From positions 192,001 to 256,000 of the forward strand of contig CAVXGR010000005.1 of NCBI GenBank assembly GCA_963761335.1: a stretch of DNA of 64,000 nt, read 5' to 3'. This document shows, one piece after another, positions 40,286 to 50,511 of this stretch (the first letter of the stretch is position 1; each line of letters begins with the position of its first letter). The notes beneath the pieces are model-generated. The model was not told the DNA's origin. It searched no databases and was given only the letters and a program-made list of their open reading frames with translations. Origin of the DNA: an uncultured delta proteobacterium (GTDB lineage Bacteria > Desulfobacterota > Binatia > HRBIN30 > BPIQ01). The position numbers were made by a program, and so were the translations under genes.

Positions 40286-41506
40286 ATGCAAAGAGTGCTG
40301 TTGACAGCTGTCCTCTGTACCGCGTGGCTGGCTGCACCCGGGGGTGCTACCGCGGCCACGCACACGCTCCGATCTGCGAATCTGCGCAGCGCGCCGGTGC
40401 TGTCTCCGGCGACCCTGGTGAGGACGGTGCCCGCTGGAGCGGAGGTGGAGGTGCGCGGCCAGCGGGTCGTCGGCTCGGCGCGCTGGCTTTTGGTCAGTGC
40501 CGGTGGCGAGAGCGGATGGATACGCGCCGATCTGATCGCCGACGAGGCAAGTGCGCCGGCAGATGCGCAGGCGTCTGCGCCGATCGCCGCCGAGGTGGCG
40601 GCGCCGCCGCCGGCCGCGGCGCCGGTTGCCGCGGCAGCCGCAGAGGAGAGTGCCCCACAGCCTGAAACCGCTCCCGCGTTCCCGCGCCTCGGTGCATCGC
40701 TGGCGCCGGATCTCGGCGTGGCCGAGGCGGAGGCGGCGACCGTGGCGCGCGCGCCGATCCCGCCGGCCGGCGGCTTGCCGTGGCCGCTGCAGCTCCTCCA
40801 CGACTCGCAGTTCCTGCTGGCGGCGGCGCTGGTCTCGCTGGTTCTGGTGCGCAGTGAGCGGCGCCTGGCGCAGCACTGGAGCAGCTGGCGCGAGCAAGCG
40901 GTTTCCGTGGTGCACTCCGAGCCGGTGGCCTCGCATGTCGACGAGGCGCTGCGCAACGAAGGCATCCGGCGCGAGTACGACCGGCTGCTCAGCGCTCTGT
41001 GCGCCATCGAGCGCCTGCTGGTGCCGAACGGCAGCAACCGATCGACCTTCTCGCAGCTCACCGAGATGGTGGCCAGCGCCAACATCGCCGACAGCGCCGA
41101 GCGGGTGGAGACGCTGGACGCGATTCGCCGGCGCATGCTCGAGGTGGGGATGCTGCCGGCGTTCGGCCGCGTCTTCGAGGGCCTCTCCGGCTACGCTTTC
41201 ACGCCGCAGCTGTGCGACAAGCTGCAGGGATTCATGGCGGTGCCCGACGCCGAGATCGAGGAGCGCTTCGATCAGGTGCGCGAAGGAGCGCGGCTCTGCT
41301 TCGACGATCTCCGCCGCCATCTGGTCGCCGACATCCTGCAGGGAGGCGCCATCACCTTTCTCTTCAGCCGCCAGCTGGAGCTGCTCGACAACGCCCGCGC
41401 CGCAGCCCAGAGCGCCTCGGCCCGCGGCTGGAGCATGCGCGACGTCACCTCGCTGCGCCAGATGGTGGTAGCCCAGCTGTTCGAGGCGCCGAAGACAGAC
41501 GCGTAA
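40286..41506 (+). CDS. Hypothetical membrane protein with N-terminal bacterial SH3 domain
   Basis: Signal peptide, ANLRSAP..W..V..GWIRADL (SH3b), Ala/Pro linker, TM helix, helical C-terminal domain. Confidence 0.7.
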   Translation: MQRVLLTAVLCTAWLAAPGGATAATHTLRSANLRSAPVLSPATLVRTVPAGAEVEVRGQRVVGSARWLLVSAGGESGWIRADLIADEASAPADAQASAPIAAEVAAPPPAAAPVAAAAAEESAPQPETAPAFPRLGASLAPDLGVAEAEAATVARAPIPPAGGLPWPLQLLHDSQFLLAAALVSLVLVRSERRLAQHWSSWREQAVSVVHSEPVASHVDEALRNEGIRREYDRLLSALCAIERLLVPNGSNRSTFSQLTEMVASANIADSAERVETLDAIRRRMLEVGMLPAFGRVFEGLSGYAFTPQLCDKLQGFMAVPDAEIEERFDQVREGARLCFDDLRRHLVADILQGGAITFLFSRQLELLDNARAAAQSASARGWSMRDVTSLRQMVVAQLFEAPKTDA

Positions 41507-41569
41507 GTCCGCCCGCCCAGGGGCGTTGGCAGCGGCGGTCGGCTGCGGTAGAAGTCGCGGGCGATTGCC

Positions 41570-44395
41570 ATGGGGAGTGTCGAGACGATTGCCCGCAGCG
41601 GGAGCGTGCACCTGCTGGTGGTGCCGCACACCCACTGGGATCGCGAGTGGTACCAGCCCTTCCAGGAGTTTCGCCGCCGCCTGGTGCGTCTCGTCGATCG
41701 CCTGCTGGACACCCTCGATGCCGATCCCGAGTTCTCGCACTTCCATCTCGATGGCCAGACGATCGTCCTCGAGGACTATCTGGAGATTCGCCCGGAGCGC
41801 GGCGCGCAGCTCCGCCGGCTGATCCGCTCCGGCCGTATCGCCGTCGGCCCGTGGTACGTGCTCCCCGACGAGTTCCTGGTCAGCGGCGAGTCGATCATCC
41901 GCAACCTGCGCATCGGCCAGCGCACCGCCGCCGCCTTTGGTGCCGACGCCGCGGTCGGCTATCTCCCGGATCAGTTCGGGCACATCGCTCAGATGCCGCA
42001 GATCCTCGCCGGCTTCGGGCTGTCGTCGGCGGTGGTCTGGCGCGGAGTCGGCGCCGACGTGCGGAGAACCGAGTTCGCCTGGCAGGCGCCGGACGGCACC
42101 GAGGCGTTCACCGTCTACATGCCTTCGGGGTACTCCCTGGGCCGCGCCCTGCCGCTCGAGCCGGCGGCGCTGCGGAAGCGGCTGGCCGCCCTGGTCGGCG
42201 AGATCGAGCCCTTCCGGCAGATTTCCTCGGTGCTGATCATGAACGGCACCGACCATCAGGAGGCGCAGGCCGGGCTGCCGGCGGCGCTGCGCGCCGCGCT
42301 CGCTCCCGTGGAGGGAGTCAGCGCCGAGATCGCTTCCCTGTCCGCGTACGTTGCCCGTGCCCGCCGCGAGGCGGGGGAATCGCCGGTGCGCCACGCCGGC
42401 GAGCTGCGCAGCCCGCTGCGCGCCCATCTTCTCCCGGGAGTCACCTCGGTGCGGGTGCGGCAGAAGCAACGCGACTTCGCCAACCTCAGCCGCCTCGAAC
42501 GCTACGCCGAGCCGCTGGCGACCTGGGCCGACGCCCTTGCCGGCCGCCGCGATCTGACGGCCTTCACCGAGCACGCCTGGAAGCTCTCGGTGCAGAACCA
42601 TCCGCACGACTCCATCTGTGGCTGCTCCGTCGATCAGGTCCACCGCGACATGGAATTCCGCTTCGATCAGGTGGACCTGATCCTGCGTCAGGTACAGCGG
42701 CAGGCCTTCGCGGCCATCGCGGCGTGCGTCGATACCACCGCCGCCGCCGAGACGGCGCTGCTCGTCTACAATCCGAACCCGGCCGGCCGCGCTCTCCTCG
42801 ACGTCGAGGTTCCTCTCGACCTCTCCGGCGGCGTTTCGCTGCACACTCTCGCCGGCGAGGGCATCGTTGCGCAGGTGGAGCAGGGATCGGGCGCGTTGCT
42901 GCTCGACGTCGAGCTGCCACCGGCGGCGCTGCGCGGCGAGATCGAGGGGCTGCAGTCGCGCGAGTTCCTGGGTTTCTTCCTGAACGGCATTCGCTTCGAT
43001 CGGGCCGATGGCCGGCTGAAGGTGCAGATCGTCGCTGACCTGGTGCCGCGCGGTAGCTTCGACGTCATGGCGGCGCGGGGGCGTTGGCTCGAGCTGCTCG
43101 ACGATGCGTCGCTCGAGCTGGTCCACGTCCACGCCCGCACCGCCACCCCGGCGCGTCTGATCGCCGCCGCGCCGCTCAACGGACACGGCCTGACCCTGCT
43201 CTCGCTGCGACACCATGCATCGGCCGAGACGCCTCCGAGTCCCTTCGCGGTCGGCGTGGGCTCGATCGAGAATCGCTGGTACCGCGTCGCCGTGGGCGAC
43301 GACGGCTCGCTGTCCATCGCCGACAAGGAGCTGGGCCTCGAGCTCGGGCGCTGCAACTGGTTCATCGACGAGCCCGACCGCGGCGACGAGTACAACTTCG
43401 ATCCGCCGGCGCCGGTGCGCTCGGTGAGCGCCCCGATCTCGTCGCCGTCGATCAGCGTGGAGAGCGGGCCGGCCGTGGCGCGCCTGTGCCTGCGGATGAC
43501 CTATCGGATTCCCCGCCGTCTGGATGCCGACCGCGAAACGCCCTCGACGGAGATCGCCGAGGTGCCGATCCGCTCGACGGTATCTCTGTATGCGGGCGTG
43601 AAGCGCATCGACTTCGTGACCGAGGTCGACAACGGCGCCGCCGACCATCGCCTGCGGGTGCACTTCGAGACGCCGCTGCAGGCGCCGGCGGTACGCGTCG
43701 AGCAGGCCTTCTGCACCGTCGAGCGCCCGCTCGAGCTGGAGGCGGGCGGGGAGATCGAGCAGCCGATCGGCACCACGCCGCAGAAGACGTTCTGCGCCAT
43801 CGGCGACGGGCGACTGGGCGTGGCCCTCTTCAACCGCGGCATCCCGGAGATCGAGGCGCGCCGATCGAACGGCGGGACCGAGCTGGCCATGACCCTGGTG
43901 CGCGCCGTGGGCTGGCTGTCGCGCGGCGACCTGCGCCTGCGCAAGGGCCATGCGGGACCGGCGATGGAGACGCCGGAGGCGCAGTCGCCGGGGCCGCACC
44001 GCTTCGAGTACGCGCTCACCACCTTCGCGGGCGATTTCGAGGCGGCGAACATCGTCGCCGAGGCGCACCGCTTCGCGTATCCGCCGCAGGCAGTCGCCGC
44101 CGAGCGGCACGAGGGGCATCTGCCGGCGGACGCCGCCCTGATGCGCTGCGACAACCCCGCGGTGGTGATCTCGGCACTGGAGCCGGGCCGCTCCCCGGAG
44201 AGGTATCGCGTGCGCGTGTACAACTCCTCGGCGGCGTCGCAGTCGGTGTGCCTCGGCTTTCCCGGAGCCCGGCGGGTGCGCTCCGTGAACCTGGCCGGGC
44301 AGCCGGCGGCCAGCGGCCTGCGTTGCGGCGGCGATACGGCACGCGGCAGCCTGCGCCCCTTCCAGATCGCCACGCTGGAGATCACCCGCGCATGA
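41570..44395 (+). CDS. GH38 alpha-mannosidase (mannosylglycerate hydrolase-like)
   Basis: HTHWDREWY, LDGQ, GPWY..PDEFL, PDQFGH, HPHDSICGCS. Confidence 0.93.
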   Translation: MGSVETIARSGSVHLLVVPHTHWDREWYQPFQEFRRRLVRLVDRLLDTLDADPEFSHFHLDGQTIVLEDYLEIRPERGAQLRRLIRSGRIAVGPWYVLPDEFLVSGESIIRNLRIGQRTAAAFGADAAVGYLPDQFGHIAQMPQILAGFGLSSAVVWRGVGADVRRTEFAWQAPDGTEAFTVYMPSGYSLGRALPLEPAALRKRLAALVGEIEPFRQISSVLIMNGTDHQEAQAGLPAALRAALAPVEGVSAEIASLSAYVARARREAGESPVRHAGELRSPLRAHLLPGVTSVRVRQKQRDFANLSRLERYAEPLATWADALAGRRDLTAFTEHAWKLSVQNHPHDSICGCSVDQVHRDMEFRFDQVDLILRQVQRQAFAAIAACVDTTAAAETALLVYNPNPAGRALLDVEVPLDLSGGVSLHTLAGEGIVAQVEQGSGALLLDVELPPAALRGEIEGLQSREFLGFFLNGIRFDRADGRLKVQIVADLVPRGSFDVMAARGRWLELLDDASLELVHVHARTATPARLIAAAPLNGHGLTLLSLRHHASAETPPSPFAVGVGSIENRWYRVAVGDDGSLSIADKELGLELGRCNWFIDEPDRGDEYNFDPPAPVRSVSAPISSPSISVESGPAVARLCLRMTYRIPRRLDADRETPSTEIAEVPIRSTVSLYAGVKRIDFVTEVDNGAADHRLRVHFETPLQAPAVRVEQAFCTVERPLELEAGGEIEQPIGTTPQKTFCAIGDGRLGVALFNRGIPEIEARRSNGGTELAMTLVRAVGWLSRGDLRLRKGHAGPAMETPEAQSPGPHRFEYALTTFAGDFEAANIVAEAHRFAYPPQAVAAERHEGHLPADAALMRCDNPAVVISALEPGRSPERYRVRVYNSSAASQSVCLGFPGARRVRSVNLAGQPAASGLRCGGDTARGSLRPFQIATLEITRA

Positions 44396-44429
44396 CGCAC
44401 GGATTCCTTTGCCGCGGCGGTGCAACTCA

Positions 44430-45950
44430 ATGAGCGGCCCCCGGCTGGCCGATCTGCTCGCCGACGTCGAGGTTCTCGAGCGGCGCGGCTCCGTCGACAT
44501 TCACATCGGCCACATTCGCTCCGATTCGCGGCTGGTCGAGCCGGGCGACCTCTTCGTCTGTCTGCCCGGCTACCGCACCGAGGGCGGCGAGAAGCGCGCC
44601 GATCGCCACCTGTTCGTCCCCGAAGCGCTGCGGCGCTGCGCCGCCGCCCTGGTGGTGGAGCGAGAGCCCGACACGAAGCTGCCGGCGCATCTGCCGGTGG
44701 TGCGGGTGCGCGACTGCTGGGCGGCGATCGCGGCGCTCTCGTGCGGGTTCTACGGCCAGCCCTCGCGACAGCTGCGGATGGTCGGTGTCACCGGCACCAG
44801 CGGCAAGACCTCGACCACCTACTTCATCGATTCGGTTCTGTCCGCAGCGGGCCTGCCCGCGGCGCGCCTGGGCACGATCGAGTACAAGCTCGGCAGTGTG
44901 CGTCTGCCGGCGTCGCAGACGACACCCGAAGCTCCCGAGATGCAGCAGCTGCTGCGCCGCGCGCTCGACGAGGGCGCCGCCGCAGTGGTGATGGAGGTTT
45001 CGTCGCATGCGCTCGAGCTGCGGCGCGTGCAGGGCATCGCCTACGACGTCGCGGTATTCACCAATCTCAGCCAGGACCACCTGAACTTCCACCCCGACAT
45101 GCACAGCTATCTGCGCGCCAAGGGGCGCCTCTTCGAGGAGCTCGGCAGCGGCGGCAAGGACGCCGTGGCGGTGGTGAACCGCGACGATCCGGCGAGCGAG
45201 TACATCGAGAAGGTCAATCGCGGGCGGCTGCTGACTTACGGAATCAGCCCTCGGGCGGACGTGCGGGCGGAGGACGTCTCCATCGGCCAGGGCGGCAGCC
45301 GTTTCCGGGCGCGCACCCCCGCCGGCGACGTCGACGTCTCGCTGGCGCATCTCGGCGAGTACAGCGTCCACAACGCGCTGGCGGCGGCGGCGACGGGAGT
45401 GGCACTGGGCCTGCCGCTGGACGAGATCGCCCGCGGCATCGACGCCGCTCCGCAGGTTCCCGGGCGTTTCGAGCTGATCGATTGCGGCCAGCGGTTTGCG
45501 GTGATCGTCGACTACGCCCACAAGCCCGACGCCTTGGAGCGCGTCATCCGCAGCGTGCGCGGCCTGCGGCCGCGGCGGGTGATCACGGTTTTCGGCTGCG
45601 GCGGCGACCGCGACCGCGGCAAGCGTCCGATCATGGGCGCGATCGCGGCGCGCCTGAGCGACGTCGCCGTGGTGACCTCCGACAACCCGCGCAGCGAGAG
45701 CCCGGAGGCGATCATCGAGGAGATCTGCGGCGGAATTCCGGCAGACTCCGCGGCCGAGGTGGTCGTCGAGCCGGACCGCGCTCGGGCCATCGACACCGCC
45801 ATGCGCCTGGCGCGGGCGGAGGATGCGGTGATCATCGCTGGCAAGGGCCACGAGAACTACCAGCTGCTCGGCGACCGCCGCATCCACTTCGACGACCGCG
45901 AGATGGCGCGCCAGGCGCTGGCGCGCCGCACCGACCCACCGAGCCACTGA
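44430..45950 (+). CDS. murE: UDP-MurNAc-L-Ala-D-Glu:meso-DAP ligase
   Basis: GVTGTSGKT, TTPE, MEVSSHAL, FTNLSQDH, DYAH.PD, FGCGGDRD, DNPR, AGKGHE. Confidence 0.92.
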   Translation: MSGPRLADLLADVEVLERRGSVDIHIGHIRSDSRLVEPGDLFVCLPGYRTEGGEKRADRHLFVPEALRRCAAALVVEREPDTKLPAHLPVVRVRDCWAAIAALSCGFYGQPSRQLRMVGVTGTSGKTSTTYFIDSVLSAAGLPAARLGTIEYKLGSVRLPASQTTPEAPEMQQLLRRALDEGAAAVVMEVSSHALELRRVQGIAYDVAVFTNLSQDHLNFHPDMHSYLRAKGRLFEELGSGGKDAVAVVNRDDPASEYIEKVNRGRLLTYGISPRADVRAEDVSIGQGGSRFRARTPAGDVDVSLAHLGEYSVHNALAAAATGVALGLPLDEIARGIDAAPQVPGRFELIDCGQRFAVIVDYAHKPDALERVIRSVRGLRPRRVITVFGCGGDRDRGKRPIMGAIAARLSDVAVVTSDNPRSESPEAIIEEICGGIPADSAAEVVVEPDRARAIDTAMRLARAEDAVIIAGKGHENYQLLGDRRIHFDDREMARQALARRTDPPSH

Positions 45951-46013
45951 GCCACCGGGCCACTGTTTCCGCCCTCGCGAAACTCCCCGGGGTGGGTTAC
46001 GCTGAGGCGACGC

Positions 46014-46763
46014 ATGCGAAGGCTGATCGCCATCGTCTTTGTCCTGGTCACCGCGACTCCCGCTCTGGCAAGCCCGGTGGCCACCGGTCGATTGGACTAC
46101 ACGCTGTCGTGGAACGGCATCCCCGCCGCCAACGCCACCGTGGATGTCTGGCGAACTCGCCACGACGGCAAGGAGGAGTACCGCGTCGAGGCCACGGCGC
46201 GCACCAACCGCATCGTCGATCTGTTGTGGAGCCTGCGCGCCTATGCCGGCTCGCGCTTCACCAACAGCGCGCCCACACCGCTGTGGTTTCGCTTCGACCG
46301 CTACGTGAACGACGAGCGCAGCGTCACCGAGATCGCCTTCGATTCCTCGTCGCCGCATGCCGTCGGCACCCTGGTCCGACCACGGGGCTCGAAGGTGATG
46401 GACGTCGACGACCCGGGAGTGCTCGACCCGATCACGGCCATCTTCCATGCGCTCTCGCAACCGGTGAGCGTCGGCGATGACCTGCAGTACGAGCTGTTCA
46501 CCGGGGAAGCCCTGTATCGCGTCAAGCTGCACATCGAGGACGAGGAGCTCCTGGACATTGCCGGCGCGACCCTGCCGACGTGGCGGGTGACGCCGCAGCT
46601 GTGGAAGATCGGCACAGGTGTCGACAAGCGCCTCCGCGACGCCACCATCTGGGTCTCGCAGGCGCCCGTGCGCACGGTGCTGCGCATTCGCAGCGACGTC
46701 TTCATCGGCGCCGTGTACTGCGACCTGCAACGTCTCCCGGCGGCTGCGCCGCCGTCGGGTTGA
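46014..46763 (+). CDS. DUF3108-like secreted protein
   Basis: Signal peptide, L.Y..SW.GI, LDPITA, beta-rich pattern. Confidence 0.65.
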   Translation: MRRLIAIVFVLVTATPALASPVATGRLDYTLSWNGIPAANATVDVWRTRHDGKEEYRVEATARTNRIVDLLWSLRAYAGSRFTNSAPTPLWFRFDRYVNDERSVTEIAFDSSSPHAVGTLVRPRGSKVMDVDDPGVLDPITAIFHALSQPVSVGDDLQYELFTGEALYRVKLHIEDEELLDIAGATLPTWRVTPQLWKIGTGVDKRLRDATIWVSQAPVRTVLRIRSDVFIGAVYCDLQRLPAAAPPSG

Positions 46764-46884
46764 GAGGCCCTCTCAAAACCTGGGCAAGACGATTCCGCCG
46801 GCCCGCGGGCCGAGTCGAAGCGGCGTCTCGCCGCTTCGGAAAGCGCCGGGACGGCGCTTCTACTTTGGTGTTGAGACAGCCTCT
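46763..46884. mobile_element. MITE-like element with AGAGGCTGTCTCAA-type terminal inverted repeats enclosing a family A hairpin
   Basis: Left agaggccctctcaaaacc, right ggtgttgagacagcctct; similar element at 50326-50436; left ends only at about 23128 and 28808. Confidence 0.65.
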
Positions 46885-47076
46885 TGCGCGGGGGGGGACA
46901 GCGGATCCGCTCTGCGGACCTCGCCTTCCCTTCGCGGCTGTCATGTCCCGTCCCTCCCGCGGTGAAAATTGTACAGGGATGCGGCGACGGGGACCCCTGA
47001 GGACGCTTTTCTCTGGCAATACGATCGATATGCGGAGCAGAATGCCGATGGTTGGGCCGTTGCTATTGCGTGCAGA

Positions 47077-47490
47077 ATGTATTGTCAGCGACTCTTCGTC
47101 GCCGTTGTGGTGTCGATGTTGGTTGGCGTCCTGCCGGTGCAGGCGCGACGCCTGAATGTATCGACGCAAATTGTCACTTCCGATGCCGTCGGCGGCTATG
47201 ACGCCGCGGCTCTTCCCTTCGATCCGATGACCTTCGAGAGCCCCCATTCGGGATGGGGCGAGCTCGGTAAGACCCGGTGGTGGGCCATCCTCGTCGCCCA
47301 GGTCGTGGTCCGCTTGGGGATCGTCGGCACGGAGTATTCCCCCCGGCTGGTCGAGCTCACCGAGGGACTCATGCACCACCCCGAGCTCGACTGGCAGATG
47401 CGCCTCGGTCGAGCGCAGAAGACCCGGCTGAACTTCCAGCTGAAGGCGGCCCATGGCGGCCCGAGGGCGGGGGTGTTGTTCAGATGGTAG
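47077..47490 (+). CDS. Hypothetical secreted protein
   Basis: Signal-like N-terminus (..LPVQA), amphipathic beta C-terminus ending FRW. Confidence 0.45.
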   Translation: MYCQRLFVAVVVSMLVGVLPVQARRLNVSTQIVTSDAVGGYDAAALPFDPMTFESPHSGWGELGKTRWWAILVAQVVVRLGIVGTEYSPRLVELTEGLMHHPELDWQMRLGRAQKTRLNFQLKAAHGGPRAGVLFRW

Positions 47491-47594
47491 GGCGGCTCAG
47501 CATCTCAGTATCTCGGTGCCTCAGTGTCTCGGTACATTCGGTGGCCTCATTGAGCCACCGAGACACCGGGTTACCGAGCCACCGGGTCACCGGG

Positions 47595-48080
47595 TCACTG
47601 AGACACCGGTTGACCGGCTTGCAGATGCCGCAGCGTTTCGATCGCTTCGTCGATATGGACGTCGATGCCGAGCTCGCTCTGGATGACGTGCTGGATGACG
47701 CCGTTCTTGTCGATGACGAAGGTGACGCGCTTGGTGGGCAGCCAGCCGCCGAGGCGCTGGACGCCGTAGGCGGTGGCGATGCGGCCGTCGCGATCGCTCA
47801 CCAGCGGGTAGGGCAGCTGGTACTTCTCGGCGAAGGCCCCGTGTTTCTCCGCGGTATCGAGGCTCACGCCGATGATCTCGCCGTCGAGCGCGGCGATCTC
47901 GGCGCGGCGGTCGCGGAAGCTGCACGCCTCCTTGGTGCAGCCGGGGGTGAAGTCCTTCGGAAAGAAGTAGAGGATCACGTGGCGCCGGCCGCGGTAATCG
48001 CTCAGCTTGAGCTGGCGGCCGCCGGCGAGAGTTCCCGTGAAGTCGGGTGCGGCATCAGTCTTTGAGAGCATCTCTGGCAT
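47595..48080 (-). CDS. bcp: Peroxiredoxin, BCP/PrxQ type
   Basis: YFFPKDFTPGCTKEACSFRD, RVTFVID. Confidence 0.92.
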   Translation of the reverse strand: MPEMLSKTDAAPDFTGTLAGGRQLKLSDYRGRRHVILYFFPKDFTPGCTKEACSFRDRRAEIAALDGEIIGVSLDTAEKHGAFAEKYQLPYPLVSDRDGRIATAYGVQRLGGWLPTKRVTFVIDKNGVIQHVIQSELGIDVHIDEAIETLRHLQAGQPVSQ

Positions 48081-48822
48081 CCAGCAGGCTCGAGAGTGAG
48101 GTCTTCAGATATCCCGAAGGGGGTGCGAACTCCGAATCTTCGATGTCGGCGCGCGACACGCGCACCACTTCCTGGCCGATGACCGACTGGCCGAGATAGG
48201 CCTGCATGCGCATCGGAAAGCCGCGATCGTAGAGCTTGCGGTACTCCGGGTCGGCGCGCATGGCGGCGTACATGGCCCCGGTCTTTCCGGGAAGGGTGTT
48301 GGCCACCCTTGCCAGGTACTCGTTCAGGGCGCGCATGTCGAGGTCTGTCCCCAGGTTCAACCCCGGCGCAATCCAGATCTGCTGCAGGACGTCATCCCCG
48401 GAGAGGACCTCGTACTTGGTCGTCTTGTAGCTGCCGATGGTGTCGGTGATCTCCGTCGGCTTCACCTTGATCGGTTCGGTGGGCATGGTCGAGTGCGGCC
48501 GGTCCGGGAGCCTGCGCTTGTTCGGCTCGATGGCGGCGAGGTCGCGGAGATACTGGCCCGCGGTGCCGCTCCAGAAGAGGCTGCGCGCCGGAACCAGCAG
48601 CGTGTAGCGATCGTTCTTGTAATCGATGATGGCCACCGTCTTGCCGCTGGTCTGCCGCACCCGGTCCTTGGAAATGCGCAGGGTGGCGGTCGTCTCGTAG
48701 ATCGTGTCCCCGTTCGGCCGCCGGTTGTAGCTCTTCTGCTCGATCTCCCAGCCGGCGCGGGCGGAAGCGGAGACCAGGAGAAACGAGGAAAGGAGCAGGG
48801 CGATCGTGGCTGTGCGCGTCAT
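48055..48822 (-). CDS. Secreted DUF4412-like protein
   Basis: Signal peptide, TIGSYKTTKY, QIWIA, EFAPPSGY. Confidence 0.7.
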   Translation of the reverse strand: MTRTATIALLLSSFLLVSASARAGWEIEQKSYNRRPNGDTIYETTATLRISKDRVRQTSGKTVAIIDYKNDRYTLLVPARSLFWSGTAGQYLRDLAAIEPNKRRLPDRPHSTMPTEPIKVKPTEITDTIGSYKTTKYEVLSGDDVLQQIWIAPGLNLGTDLDMRALNEYLARVANTLPGKTGAMYAAMRADPEYRKLYDRGFPMRMQAYLGQSVIGQEVVRVSRADIEDSEFAPPSGYLKTSLSSLLDARDALKD

Positions 48823-48831
48823 GATCGCCGG

Positions 48832-48860
48832 AGTGTAAGAAGCTCATGGGGGCAAGTCAA
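48832..48860 (-). promoter_or_regulatory. Sigma70-type promoter, near-leaderless
   Basis: TTGACT-17 nt-TACACT, 9 nt before the ATG at 48822. Confidence 0.62.
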
Positions 48861-48953
48861 TTTATGGGAGCGCGGCCATCCGGGCCGCATCTCTTCGTTC
48901 GCCCCTCCTGCACGCCGCTTGATTCCCCCCGACCCGGGCGATAGCCAGGATCC

Positions 48954-50018
48954 ATGCAGGTCGGCGCAGCCGTCATCTTTCAGAACCTCGGACGCCCGCG
49001 GAGCGATCGCAGCGTCTATGCGGACGAGCTTCGCCTCGCGGATCTGATCGAGCCGCTCGGTTTCGACTCGCTTTGGAGCGTCGAGCACCATTTCACCGAC
49101 TACACCATGGTGCCGGACGTCACCCAGCTTCTCGCCTACATGGCGGGGCGCACGCGGCGCGTGTCGCTCGGCACCATGGTGGTGGTCCTGCCGTGGCACG
49201 ACCCAGTGCGTGTCGCCGAGGAGATCTCGATGCTCGACATCCTCGCCGACGGGCGCCTCATCCTCGGCATCGGCCGCGGCGCCGGGCGCGTCGAGTTCGA
49301 GGGGCTGCGCGTGCCTCAGTCCGAGTCGCGCGGCCGTTTCGTCGAGGCGGCGGAGCTGCTGCTCGGCGCCCTCGAGGAGGGGCGGACCGAGTTCTCCGGC
49401 ACCCACTACCGCGTGCCGCCGCGCGACATCCGCCCGGCACCCTTCAAGTCCTTCCGCGGCCGCACCTACGGCGCCATGGTCAGCCCGGAGACGGCGGAGA
49501 TCCTGGCGCGTCTCGGGGTAGGCATGCTGATCATCCCGCAGAAGGCGTGGGAGGACATTGCCGCCGATCTCGCCCACTATACCCGCGCCTGCGCCGAGCA
49601 CGGGCGCCAGCCGCTGCCGCCGGTGGCGGCCTGCTGGGTGTACTGCGCCGCCAGCGAGCGCCGGGCCGAGGCGGGGGCGCGCCAATGGATCGGCAACTAC
49701 TGGAAGTCGGCGCTGGCGCATTACGAGATCGGCGGCCAGCATTTCAAAGGGCTCAAAGGCTACGAGTACTACGGCAAGCTGACGGAGATGATGGAGTCGG
49801 CCGGTCCCGGCGTGCACGATCTCATCACCGAAGCGTTCGTCGCCACGCAGGTGTGGGGCACGCCAGAGCAATGCCTGGAGAAGATCTCCGACATCGCCGC
49901 CCGCGTCGCCAACGATCACTTCGTCGGCGTCTTCAGCTACGGCGGTATGCCCTACAACGCGGCGGAGAAGAGCATGCGGCTCTTCGCGTCCGAGGTTGTC
50001 CCGAAGCTGCGCGGGTGA
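48954..50018 (+). CDS. LLM-class flavin-dependent oxidoreductase
   Basis: GFDSLWSVEHHF, LPWHDPVRVAEE, GRLILGIGRG, WGTPEQC. Confidence 0.92.
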   Translation: MQVGAAVIFQNLGRPRSDRSVYADELRLADLIEPLGFDSLWSVEHHFTDYTMVPDVTQLLAYMAGRTRRVSLGTMVVVLPWHDPVRVAEEISMLDILADGRLILGIGRGAGRVEFEGLRVPQSESRGRFVEAAELLLGALEEGRTEFSGTHYRVPPRDIRPAPFKSFRGRTYGAMVSPETAEILARLGVGMLIIPQKAWEDIAADLAHYTRACAEHGRQPLPPVAACWVYCAASERRAEAGARQWIGNYWKSALAHYEIGGQHFKGLKGYEYYGKLTEMMESAGPGVHDLITEAFVATQVWGTPEQCLEKISDIAARVANDHFVGVFSYGGMPYNAAEKSMRLFASEVVPKLRG

Positions 50019-50177
50019 AGTGGCTCGGTGGCTCGGTTATCGGGTTGTCGGGTTATCGAGTTTTGGTGATGGTAGCCGGTGGGTTTCAACCCGCGGCTGT
50101 GGCGTTTGGGCGCCTGCGCCCCTGACGGGGCGCGTGCAGAAGCCTGCCAATTTCCCCGGGTTTCACCCGGGGCTACA

Positions 50178-50282
50178 CGCCTGCGCCCCCTTCGGGGGCG
50201 GCATCCGAATCGGCCTCGCCTGCGCCCCCTTCGGGGCGGCATCCGAATCGGCCTCGCCTGCGCCCCGGGGGCGGCATCCGAA
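50178..50282. repeat. Three tandem ~38-bp GC-rich hairpin units
   Basis: cgcctgcgcccccttcgggg(g)cggcatccgaatcggcct repeated without spacers; third copy degenerate. Confidence 0.8.
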
Positions 50283-50325
50283 GCGGCCGATGGGCGTCCA
50301 ACCTCGTCGCCGGGGGTTGAACAGT

Positions 50326-50436
50326 CTGTCTCAAGACCTCGGCAAAACGATTCCGCAAGCCCGCGAACCAAGTAGAAGCGGCGTCTCGCCGCTTCGGAAA
50401 GCGCCGGGACGGCGCTTCTACCTCGGTTTGAGACAG
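50326..50436. mobile_element. MITE-like element (second complete copy)
   Basis: ctgtctcaa ... ttgagacag ends, internal family A hairpin 50372-50421. Confidence 0.65.
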
Positions 50437-50511
50437 CTTCTGAGACCCCCGGCTACCATCAACAGACCCGCCAACCCGCCAACCCGATAACCGAGCCACC
50501 GAGCCACCGGC

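Noticed and set aside
40154..44500. 1448-aa minus-strand ORF
   Set aside because: Antisense shadow of the SH3 and GH38 genes; no motifs; typical of high-GC DNA. The same applies to 2384-5062, 7092-8780, 44427-46730 and 53900-55534.
50178..50282. CRISPR array
   Set aside because: Units are directly adjacent with no unique spacers; no cas genes.
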